Source: Hyphomicrobiales bacterium
GTDB taxonomy: Bacteria; Pseudomonadota; Alphaproteobacteria; Rhizobiales; RI-29
DNA: 64,000 nt
Assembly: GCA_016125495.1 (NCBI GenBank)
Contig: WGLQ01000002.1
Location: forward strand, 26,969-90,968
Direction: 5' to 3'
Translations under genes and position numbers: made by a program
Notes under the pieces: model-generated
The model's input: the letters and a program-made list of their open reading frames with translations, nothing else
Databases searched by the model: none
Told to the model about the DNA's origin: nothing
Shown here: piece by piece, positions 47,295 to 54,936 of the stretch
How the letters are laid out: each line of letters begins with the position of its first letter
Position numbering within the stretch: position 1 is the first letter of the stretch

Positions 47295-48596
47295 TCATCC
47301 GATGCCGAGTGGAGCGAGCACGCGTGGCCCCGGTTGGTAACCGACATCGTCATGGGGCGGTTCGAGGCCCGGAACAACGACCTTGGCGACGGAAATATCG
47401 GGATGCTCGGGCCAGCCGAGGTCCACCGCGACAGCTTCCTCGATCCCGACGGCCGCAAGGTTCGCGCAGACGCGGCGCAATTCGGCGTCGTAGGTCGGGG
47501 TGCACGGATCCGCGGGCCATGAGGGGGCGACCGGGGGGCGCGTGTCGATCTCGAGGCTCTCGCGAATGCGATCGGCGAAATCGCCGTCGATCACATAGTT
47601 GCGGGCGAGGAGATCGTCACGGGCGCCGGCGATCAGGGTGAGCCGGTCCTGGGCGGCCTCCGTTATGGCGCGTGACATGGCGATGGACGGACTGGCATGA
47701 CAACCTGAACCGATGGTGGCGCGCGCCTTCGAGCGCGACGCGGCGAGTCCCTCCCAGATCATGCAATAGGCGCATGGCACGCCGACGTCGCTGGTGATGT
47801 CCCAGAGATGGACTTCCATGCCGAGCGAATGGATGCGCTCGATCAGGGCACGGGGGCCATCGAGACAGGGATGGTCGAGGTCGAGGCGGGGAAAGGCGCG
47901 CACACGACCGAAGTGGTAATGAAACAGTGTGATGGCATCGCGCTCGATGATCTCATAGAGCGCATGCGTGATCGCCTCGAGGACGTTGTTGCCGGATGCC
48001 AGACCGTTCGAGCCCTTGAAAAAAATCCCCTCGGGTCCGCGATCCACCCCGATCGTGAAGTCGTTGGTAACGGTTTCGAGCGGCAAGAGGCGCGGCGTTT
48101 GCCCGAGGATGTCGAAGCCCTCGACCCAGGCGAGCGGAGCCTCGTCGAGCGGCGGGGCATCGTCGCGCATGGGCAGGCGCGTGAGGTCGACGGGGCGGCC
48201 GAGGCGGGCGACGGTGGCCACTGTCGTGCGGTGAACGGGCAGGCGCAGGTTCTCGGCATGGTGGGCCTCGATCGACTCCATGATCCCCGAGACCTTGGCG
48301 GCTTCGAGCGACACCCCCTTGCCGGTGGAAACGCTGACGGAGCGCGACAGCGGGCGCACCACATTGACGACGGGCAGCCCGATCCTGTCGAGCCCTGTGA
48401 TGTTGGCTACCCGGGTGATCCCGTAACGCGGCAGGAGCGGCATCACGCGATCCAGTGTTTCGCCGGGCGGGCGCGAGCGGAACGTGCCATCGTAAGCGTG
48501 GCGGGCCCCGGGCTCGAGGGCGGCCGGGTGGATCAAGTGTGTTGTGGTCCCGGCGGGGGCGGTCGCGAGGCGGGGTCCGGGAGCGGCGTCATCCAT
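47295..48596 (-). CDS. ycaO: YcaO-like family protein (TfuA-associated class)
   Basis: GKGVSLEAAKVSGIMESIEAHHAE and ALYEIIERDAITLF (the ATP/Mg-binding Glu motifs of the YcaO superfamily). ATG 48596 (GGAG 12 nt upstream), with alternatives GTG 48599 and TTG 48632 (track start). Confidence 0.9.
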   Translation of the reverse strand: MDDAAPGPRLATAPAGTTTHLIHPAALEPGARHAYDGTFRSRPPGETLDRVMPLLPRYGITRVANITGLDRIGLPVVNVVRPLSRSVSVSTGKGVSLEAAKVSGIMESIEAHHAENLRLPVHRTTVATVARLGRPVDLTRLPMRDDAPPLDEAPLAWVEGFDILGQTPRLLPLETVTNDFTIGVDRGPEGIFFKGSNGLASGNNVLEAITHALYEIIERDAITLFHYHFGRVRAFPRLDLDHPCLDGPRALIERIHSLGMEVHLWDITSDVGVPCAYCMIWEGLAASRSKARATIGSGCHASPSIAMSRAITEAAQDRLTLIAGARDDLLARNYVIDGDFADRIRESLEIDTRPPVAPSWPADPCTPTYDAELRRVCANLAAVGIEEAVAVDLGWPEHPDISVAKVVVPGLEPPHDDVGYQPGPRVLAPLGIG

Positions 48597-48923
48597 CACG
48601 AGGCGGGGCTCCAGTAGCGGCTGTGAAGGCAATGGTCATCGTTCGCGTCGGCGACATGGAGCGCCGAAACGCGAGGGCATGAGCTCTTTGCGCCCTGTGA
48701 CACCACGGGACTGCCTCCACTTCAGCCGACCGGGTGGGTAACGATGGTCGGATCGACAGCGACCGCCCCGATCCGGTCCTGTCGGGCGGTCCGTCGGGCG
48801 GGGGCTCCGACGATCTCCCTATACTCAAGAACCGCCGGGAACCCTCAGCCCCGAACAGTCCTGCGATCGATCGTCACGGGCTTTCAAGCGCGCGCTGGAG
48901 GCCGCTTCGATCGGTCATTGTTA

Positions 48924-49015
48924 TCACCCGGGACTAATCCGAATCGCCCTTTGATATTCAAGTCGAATTCAAACGTTCCATTCATCCGGGATTTAATCCA
49001 TCCATTCATCCGGGA
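48924..49015. repeat. Three copies of a TCAYCCGGGA motif in the low-GC spacer between the small ORF and ycaO
   Basis: TCACCCGGGA at 48924-48933, TCATCCGGGA at 48982-48991 and TCATCCGGGA at 49006-49015. The last two extend to CCATTCATCCGGGA, 24 bp apart. Copies 1 and 2 share a flanking ...AATCC. Confidence 0.6.
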
Positions 49016-49317
49016 CCAAAACTAGCGGAATCGTTAAACCCCGCGACCTCGACCCTCTCGCATTATCCCTGCGCGATTGATCCTCCTTCAAGCGGGCATG
49101 CCGAACCGATCGGCTGCATCCGCCGACGAATTTTGCGACATGGGTTCGGGTGTCGCGTTCAATCGGCAGGGTGCGGGGACAATCCGCCGCACATGCGAGC
49201 GAGCGCTTGGCATCGAAAATTTCAATCTGTTCTAAACAATTGATTCTTCGTCTATATTTTCCTTCTCACCTGAGCAGCGCAAGCGTTTCGACCGTGAGGA
49301 GAGATCGATTGTCGACC

Positions 49318-49360
49318 GTCGCGGACCGGAACGAATAATCGCTCCACGGCGATCCGCGAC
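49318..49360 (-). terminator. Imperfect stem-loop about 10 nt downstream of the small-ORF stop (possible attenuator or partial terminator)
   Basis: On the minus strand, GTCGCGGA (49360-49353) pairs with TCCGCGAC (49325-49318). The 27-nt loop has an internal GGA/TCC pairing, and there is no U-run immediately after. Confidence 0.3.
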
Positions 49361-49370
49361 GGTGCATAAG

Positions 49371-49520
49371 TCAGCGAATGCGTCCGCCGACCTGGGCGGG
49401 CGTAACCGCGGTCGCGGAAATACGACCGCCAACTTGAGCCGGAGTCACGGCCTTGGGAGCGATGCGTCCACCAACGTTCGAGGGCGTCTCGATCGCGGTC
49501 GTCGCCGTGGATTTTGTCAT
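49371..49520 (-). CDS. Unannotated 49-aa peptide with three VGGRI cassettes; candidate RiPP precursor (putative YcaO/TfuA substrate)
   Basis: Manual translation of the minus strand gives ATG (49520-49518) ... TGA (49373-49371): MTKSTATTAIETPSNVGGRIAPKAVTPAQVGGRISATAVTPAQVGGRIR. Strong SD lies directly upstream. The two AVTPAQVGGRI units differ at 9 of 11 codons, all synonymously. Same strand as, and upstream of, ycaO-tfuA-DMT. Confidence 0.75.
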   Translation of the reverse strand: MTKSTATTAIETPSNVGGRIAPKAVTPAQVGGRISATAVTPAQVGGRIR

Positions 49521-49531
49521 TTTCCTCTCCT
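49521..49531 (-). promoter_or_regulatory. Shine-Dalgarno sequence of the small ORF
   Basis: The reverse complement of 49521-49531 is AGGAGAGGAAA, immediately preceding the ATG. Confidence 0.7.
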
Positions 49532-49592
49532 GTTGACAGGTTTCTTAACGCGTCAAGTCAATCATTCAATCGGATGCGTGCAAACGGTATTA

Positions 49593-51335
49593 ATGATGGA
49601 TTCATCTTCTCCGGTTCGTTGGCAATCGGTTCTCTATGCCGATGCCGTGGCATATTCAGAATCAATGCGGTTGTGCAGATCGGAGACGATCGAGGCAATC
49701 GGGGCCGCGCGTCGGTCGTTCTGCGAAGCTGCCGCGCAGTATCACGGCCGCATCGTGGAGATGACGGGCGACAGCGTGCTCGCCGTCTTCAACACCAGCC
49801 AGGCGGCCATGCGGGCGGCGCTTTCGGTCCAGCACGCGCTGAGCCGCGGTCACGGCGAGGGCGATGGTCGGGCTCTGAGATTCCGAATCGCCATATGCGA
49901 AGGGGAAACCACGGAGGGTGAGGGCGGGCTCTTCGGAGAAGTGATCATCAAGGCGGCCCGCCTCCAGTCCCTGACGGCTCCCGGTTGCATCGGAGTCGAC
50001 GAGGATGTTTTTCAGGCCCTCGCCCCCAGTCTGCGCGTCTTCGAGCCGAGGCGGATCGGGGGGGTCGCAAAGGCGGGGTCGATGCCTATTCGCGGCATCG
50101 AGATCGACCCGGCGGCGATATCGACCGGTTGCCCGCCACCGGTTCCGCGTGGCGCCGGCAGTCGCCTCAGGGCGGTCACCGCGGTCGAGGTGCTGGTGGC
50201 CGGAACGACGGACGACGAGGTCCGCGATGTGCTGGCCGGCCGGGTGGTCGATCATCTCGTCGGCGCGGCGTTCGACGTGACGGCGCGACAGGTGCAGCGT
50301 GGCCTCAGGAATCTCCTCTCGCGAATGGCCAGGGATGGGGCAGGCTGCGGCGACTACCTGGTGCTGATCGAAGGCGAGCCCGGTTTCGGGCGGTCGGTCA
50401 AGCTCGGCATCTACAGCCGCCAGCAACGGAGATTCCTTCTCTCGCGACACTTTGGCTGCCTGGAGTTCGGACACGGTCGAGGACACAATGTCGCGGGGGC
50501 GCCGGGTGGCGCGAGCGTCGATACGGTCGCCTCCTATGTCGTCGATACGATCGAGGTCGGTGAGATCGAAGCGAGCGACAACCAGGTCCTCTCCCCCCGT
50601 GGCAGTTTCCATCACTACCTCAAGGGAAAGCGTTTGCTTTCCACATACAGCCGGATCGGCATACTGGAAGGCATAAGGGCACTCAGGGAGGCCCTCCATT
50701 TCGATCCCGACTATGCGAGGGCACATGCCCTCCTGGCGCGTGGCTATGCCATAGCGTGGCGCTTCGACTGGGCTTGCGGACCGGCTCAGCCGCTCGAGAC
50801 GGCGATCGAGCACGCGAGCCGGGCGGTGCAGATCGACCCGATCGATCCCGTCTGCGAGCATCAGCTCGGGTTCTGTCACTTCTGGTCGGGTGAGCGCGAT
50901 CGCGCAGTCTATGCGCTCGAGCGGGCGCGGCGCATGCGGCCAGGGTGCGCGGGTGTGGCCGGCGACCTCGGCATGGTATTCAGCTATCTCGATCGCTGCG
51001 ACGAGGCGATCGATCTCTTGCAGGCATCGCTCGCCCTCGACGAGACGAATCCGGATTATCGTCTCTGGTCGCTCGGGGATGCCCACTTCGAGAGGGGCGA
51101 CGACGAGGCGGTTCTGCGCGTGCTCAGCCGGATGCGGGATCCGACTCAATCCTATCGCCTGCTCGCCGCCGCGACCGCGCGCCTCGGCGGTGACCCGCGC
51201 CGGCACGTGGACCGCCTCTTGCGGTACCAGCCCGATTTTTCCGTCGAGCGCTGGATCGCCGTGCAGCCGACCATGACCGAGGAGGGGAAAACGGTCTATG
51301 CCGAAGCGCTGCGTGCGGCGGGGCTGCCGGGCTGA
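49593..51335 (+). CDS. Class III adenylate/guanylate cyclase domain protein with C-terminal TPR-like repeats
   Basis: Cyclase catalytic motifs VLYADAVAYSESM, EMTGDSVLAVF and FRIAICEGE...GEVIIKAARLQSLTAPGCIGV. C-terminal helical repeats (ARAHALLARGYAIAW, PDYRLWSLGDAHFERGDDEAV). Start taken at ATG 49593; the track start 49362 is rejected (see the rejected list). Confidence 0.8.
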   Translation: MMDSSSPVRWQSVLYADAVAYSESMRLCRSETIEAIGAARRSFCEAAAQYHGRIVEMTGDSVLAVFNTSQAAMRAALSVQHALSRGHGEGDGRALRFRIAICEGETTEGEGGLFGEVIIKAARLQSLTAPGCIGVDEDVFQALAPSLRVFEPRRIGGVAKAGSMPIRGIEIDPAAISTGCPPPVPRGAGSRLRAVTAVEVLVAGTTDDEVRDVLAGRVVDHLVGAAFDVTARQVQRGLRNLLSRMARDGAGCGDYLVLIEGEPGFGRSVKLGIYSRQQRRFLLSRHFGCLEFGHGRGHNVAGAPGGASVDTVASYVVDTIEVGEIEASDNQVLSPRGSFHHYLKGKRLLSTYSRIGILEGIRALREALHFDPDYARAHALLARGYAIAWRFDWACGPAQPLETAIEHASRAVQIDPIDPVCEHQLGFCHFWSGERDRAVYALERARRMRPGCAGVAGDLGMVFSYLDRCDEAIDLLQASLALDETNPDYRLWSLGDAHFERGDDEAVLRVLSRMRDPTQSYRLLAAATARLGGDPRRHVDRLLRYQPDFSVERWIAVQPTMTEEGKTVYAEALRAAGLPG

Positions 51336-51562
51336 TCGGGATCGCTAGGTGTGCGGCCGTTGGTACCGCCTTGCGACGCACGTTTCATCGATGGGATGAT
51401 GCAACGTGTTACTGCGGTTTTCCTAACAGCGCCCGGTTGGTTTTCGCCCCTGCTTGGCACAAGAGGTTTACCGGTAGGCGATATAACAATGTCCACGGCC
51501 GAAGGCGGGTGCTTCTCGTCGTATGCGAGCGCGGCTCGAGGGGGGACGAATTGGGGGCAGGG

Positions 51563-52294
51563 ATGAAAGGGGGAAGCTGCGCGCAGCGGCAGTTGCGGAG
51601 GCTCGTCGACAAGGTGGAGCTCTTCCGGGGGATCGGTGAGCACACGGTGGCAGAAATCAGCCGTCGCGCGCGAGCTGTTTCGTTCGCCGGGGGCGAGGAG
51701 ATCGTGCGGCTGGGCGAGCCTGCCACGTCACTTTATCTTCTGGCGCTTGGCCGGGCGGAGGTCTCGGTGCTCGGTCTCGATGGACGCAAGGTCGTGGTCA
51801 ATGTGATCGGCGCGCCCGATCTCTTCGGAGAGATCGCGATCGCCGATGGCGGGCCGCGAACGGCGACGGTGACCGCACTCGAGGCCATCGATTGCTGGAT
51901 GATCGGGCGCGACGACCTGTTGGCCGCACTGGCGTCCGATGCGTGCCTGTCTCGACGGCTCCTCGAATTGCTGGCGAGACGCTTGCGGGCGATAAACGAA
52001 CAGTATTTCGAAGCGACGACCCTGTCCGTACCGGTTCGGGCGGCGCGCCAGCTGTTGCGGCTGGAGGGCCGGGCCGGGGTGTCCGGCCAGCCGGTGCGAA
52101 TTTCGCAGGAGGCGCTCGCGCATCAGGTGGCGGCCTCGCGCGAGCACATGAACCGGGTGCTGACCGGCTGGCGGCGCGGCGGTATCGTGGAGGTGGTACG
52201 CGGGGCGATCATCATCCGTGACGGCTCGCGGCTCAGCAAGCTCGCCGGGTTCGATCACGATCGGCCGGCGGGGACGGCGCGCGCCCTGGGTTGA
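51563..52294 (+). CDS. Crp/Fnr-family transcriptional regulator
   Basis: cNMP-binding domain LFGEIAIADGGPRTATVTALE and C-terminal HTH ISQEALAHQVAASREHMNRVLTGWRRGGIV. Start at ATG 51563. Confidence 0.85.
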   Translation: MKGGSCAQRQLRRLVDKVELFRGIGEHTVAEISRRARAVSFAGGEEIVRLGEPATSLYLLALGRAEVSVLGLDGRKVVVNVIGAPDLFGEIAIADGGPRTATVTALEAIDCWMIGRDDLLAALASDACLSRRLLELLARRLRAINEQYFEATTLSVPVRAARQLLRLEGRAGVSGQPVRISQEALAHQVAASREHMNRVLTGWRRGGIVEVVRGAIIIRDGSRLSKLAGFDHDRPAGTARALG

Positions 52295-52325
52295 CCGACA
52301 ACGAGCCTGCCGGAGCGCCGCCTAT

Positions 52326-53195
52326 TCAAGCGCCCTTGCGGGCGCGGGCTTCGGCCAATGCCATGTCGATGTAGAGCGCGCGCAGCCGCTTGGCGATGGG
52401 GCCCGGTGTGCCATCGCCGAGGGCGATACCGTCGATGCGCACGACGGGGCACACGAACGAAGACGCCGAAGTGATGAACGCTTCGCGCGCGGTCTTGGCC
52501 TCCTCGGGCGTGAAACGGCGTTCCTCGACACGCAACTGCGCCTCGCGGGCGAGGTCGAGAACGGCCTTGCGGGTGATGCCGTGCAGGATCTCGTTGCCGA
52601 GATGCCGGGTGACGATGGTCCCGTCGGCGGTCACGATGTAGGCGTTGTTCGACGTGCCCTCGGTCACGTATCCGTCCTCGACCATCCAGGCGTCGTCGGC
52701 GCCGGCGTCGATCGCCTGCTGTTTTGCGAGGCTCGGGGCGAGCAGCGCGACGGTCTTGATGTCGCGCCGCTTCCAGCGGATGTCCTCCAGGGTGATGACC
52801 GAAATGCCTCGTGCCGCGCGCGGGCTGTCGAGAATGCTGGCCGTCTGGGTGAAGAGAACGAGCGAGGGCTTGGGGTCCTTCGGCAGGGCGAAGTCGCGGT
52901 CGGCCGCGCCTCGCGTCACCTGCAGATAGACCATGCCTTCGCGCAGCTCGTTGCGCGCGACGAGTTCGCGCTGGACCGCCTCGATCTCCTCGGCGCTCGC
53001 GGGGGCCGGCATCGAGAGTTCGCGCATGGAGCGCTCGAGCCTCGTCATGTGGGCGGCATTGTCGATGAGTTCGCCCTCAAGCACCGACGTCACTTCATAG
53101 ACGCCGTCCGCAAAGAGGAAGCCACGGTCGAAGACGGAGATCTTGGCTTCCGCCTCGGGCAGGAAATGGCCATTCACGTAGACGATGCGGCTCAT
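52326..53195 (-). CDS. dat: D-amino-acid transaminase (class IV aminotransferase)
   Basis: MSRIVYVNGHFLPEAEAKISVFDRGFLFADGVYEV and MVYLQVTRGAADRDF are typical of Dat and fold-type IV enzymes. Start at ATG 53195. Confidence 0.8.
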   Translation of the reverse strand: MSRIVYVNGHFLPEAEAKISVFDRGFLFADGVYEVTSVLEGELIDNAAHMTRLERSMRELSMPAPASAEEIEAVQRELVARNELREGMVYLQVTRGAADRDFALPKDPKPSLVLFTQTASILDSPRAARGISVITLEDIRWKRRDIKTVALLAPSLAKQQAIDAGADDAWMVEDGYVTEGTSNNAYIVTADGTIVTRHLGNEILHGITRKAVLDLAREAQLRVEERRFTPEEAKTAREAFITSASSFVCPVVRIDGIALGDGTPGPIAKRLRALYIDMALAEARARKGA

Positions 53196-53297
53196 GGTCG
53201 GTCCTCGATCGCTTTGACCAGCGGATGGGCGGCGATACAATCACCATCGAGGAAGTCGAGGCAAGCGCCTTGATCGCGAGGCTGGCGGTCGGGCGGC

Positions 53298-53795
53298 GTG
53301 GTGGGAGTGGTGCGGAACGTGACCGTCGGCAACGGCAAGCGGCTGCTGATCGTGGCCCATGCGCCATCTGCCAACACCTTGCGATTGCGCGAGGCGGTTG
53401 AACGGGGCGCGCGCCGCGAGCCGGACGTTTGCGTCGAGGTGGTCGTCAAGGCGCCGCTCGAGGCCGGCCCCGACGACGTGCGCGCGTGCCAGGCGATCGT
53501 GCTCGGCACCACCGAGAACCTCGGCACCATGTCCGGTGCGCTCAAGGACTTCTTCGACCGCACCTATTATCCGGTGTTGGAGGAAAAGCAGGGCCTGGCC
53601 TACGCCCTCTACGTTCGCGCAGGGCACGATGGAACGGGCACCTGCCGCGCGGTCGCCTCCATCACGACGGGGCTGCGCTGGCGGGCGGTGGCCGAGCCGC
53701 TGGTGATGCGTGGGACGTGGCGGGACGGGTTCGTCGGCGAGTGCGAGGAACTCGGCGCGCTGATGGCGGCCGGGCTCGATGCGGGCATCTTTTGA
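53298..53795 (+). CDS. Flavodoxin-like fold family protein
   Basis: KRLLIVAHAPSANTLRLREAV...IVLGTTENLGTMSGALKDFFDRTYY. The start is uncertain (several GTGs at 53298-53319). Confidence 0.6.
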   Translation: MVGVVRNVTVGNGKRLLIVAHAPSANTLRLREAVERGARREPDVCVEVVVKAPLEAGPDDVRACQAIVLGTTENLGTMSGALKDFFDRTYYPVLEEKQGLAYALYVRAGHDGTGTCRAVASITTGLRWRAVAEPLVMRGTWRDGFVGECEELGALMAAGLDAGIF

Positions 53796-53859
53796 CGGCA
53801 CCGAACGAGCGGCGCTCGCATGCGCTGGGGCAGGGGCGGCACGCTCCGAAGCTCGGCTT

Positions 53860-54936
53860 TCAATCTCCGACCGGCTCGTCGCCGTCCCGCCGAGGGGCTG
53901 CCGCCGGTCCCCAGACGCCGGAGATGAGGTTCGCGGCGAGGAGAGCGGCCGTGTCCGGAGGGCCGGATGTGAACGTGGTGATGGCCCGCTCGAGACGGCA
54001 AAGTTCGGCCTCGTGGGCGCGTGCGGCGGCGGATGCCTCGTCCGGTGCGACAGCTGCGAAGCGAAAGCGGGCGCCGGGCGCCATTCGGCCGAGGTGAGGC
54101 AGGTCGGCCGAGATCACCGTGGCGATCTTGGGATAGCCGCCGGTCGTCTGGCGATCGGCGAGGAGGACGATCGGTTGGCCGGAGCCGGGCACCTGTATGG
54201 CGCCGGTGGCGATGCCGTCGGAGGCGATATTGTAGCCGCCCGCGTGTTCGATCGGGGGGCCGTCGAGGCGCAGGCCCATCCGGTCGGCCTCGCTGCTGAC
54301 CGTCCACTCGGCTTCGAGAAGTGTCGCAAATCCGCGATCGGTGAAGTGGTCGCGTTGAGGGCCGGGTACGACGCGGATGTAGTCGGCGGGTTGGATCGGC
54401 CAGGGCGGCAGGCGGCGCTCGAGGCCGGCTGGGGGACCGTCTTGGCAGAGCGAAAGGCGGTCGCCAACGGCAAGTGCGCGCCCTTCGTGACCACCGAAAC
54501 GGCCGCGCACATAGGTCGAGGCGCTCCCCATGATCAGCGGTACGTCGAGGCCACCAGCGACCGCGAGGTAGGCGGTCGCGCTCGACGCGAGGGGACCGAC
54601 AGCGACGCGTTCACCGGCACGCACCGTGACGCTTTCACCCGACTTCACCCGGCGTGGTCCGGAGCCCCCTGTGCCAGCGATCTCGAGGCTTGCCTCAGCC
54701 CCGACGACAGCGAGGCGGACCGGTCCGCCCACGGCCTCCAAAGTGGGGCCGACGAGGCGCATCTCGAGGGCGGCGGCACCCGCCGGGGCCCCAGCCAGCG
54801 CGTTGGCGAGCCGGTAGGACGCCGCATCGAGCGCGCCCGAGGTCGGCACGCCGAGGCGCTGGTGGCCGAAGCGGCCGCGATCCTGGACGGTCGTGAAGAA
54901 GCCCGGCTGACGGACGAGGAGAGCGGCACGGGTCAT
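53860..54936 (-). CDS. pxpC: 5-oxoprolinase subunit C (PxpC; biotin-independent carboxyltransferase/KipA family)
   Basis: MTRAALLVRQPGFFTTVQDRGRFGHQRLGVPTSGALD and QTTGGYPKIATVISADL, the family signature. Start overlaps the pxpB stop. Confidence 0.85.
   Translation of the reverse strand: MTRAALLVRQPGFFTTVQDRGRFGHQRLGVPTSGALDAASYRLANALAGAPAGAAALEMRLVGPTLEAVGGPVRLAVVGAEASLEIAGTGGSGPRRVKSGESVTVRAGERVAVGPLASSATAYLAVAGGLDVPLIMGSASTYVRGRFGGHEGRALAVGDRLSLCQDGPPAGLERRLPPWPIQPADYIRVVPGPQRDHFTDRGFATLLEAEWTVSSEADRMGLRLDGPPIEHAGGYNIASDGIATGAIQVPGSGQPIVLLADRQTTGGYPKIATVISADLPHLGRMAPGARFRFAAVAPDEASAAARAHEAELCRLERAITTFTSGPPDTAALLAANLISGVWGPAAAPRRDGDEPVGD

Noticed and set aside
48589-48828. 79-aa minus-strand ORF upstream of and overlapping the ycaO start
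   Set aside because: It has Pro/Arg/Ser-rich low-complexity composition, no SD and no recognisable motif. It is probably a GC-driven random ORF.
48886-49010. AT-rich minus-strand mini-ORF MNGWIKSRMNGTFEFDLNIKGRFGLVPGDNNDRSKRPPARA starting in the CCATTCATCCGGGA repeats
   Set aside because: It has no ribosome-binding site, and its codon usage is unlike the rest of the window. The duplicated ATGAATGG is better explained as a DNA-level repeat (regulatory motif). It remains an open possibility only if conserved elsewhere.
49232-49432. 66-aa minus-strand ORF overlapping the 3' part of the small ORF in another frame
   Set aside because: It has no SD and Arg/Ser/Pro-rich composition. It crosses the low-GC spacer with atypical codons and shows no repeat-level synonymous signal, unlike the 49-aa ORF.
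49362-49592. N-terminal 77 codons of the track ORF 49362-51335 (MHKSANASADLGGRNRGRGNTTANLSR...)
   Set aside because: This stretch is the antisense reading of the small VGGRI ORF and its SD region. It is Arg/Gly/Ser-rich and adds nothing to the cyclase domain, which begins after MMDSSS at 49593. Accepting it would mask the precursor gene.
51455-51471. Sigma-54-like TGGCAC upstream of the Crp-family gene
   Set aside because: The downstream element after the 5-nt spacer is GTTTA, not TTGC(A/T). It matches only the -24 half, so I do not call it a promoter.
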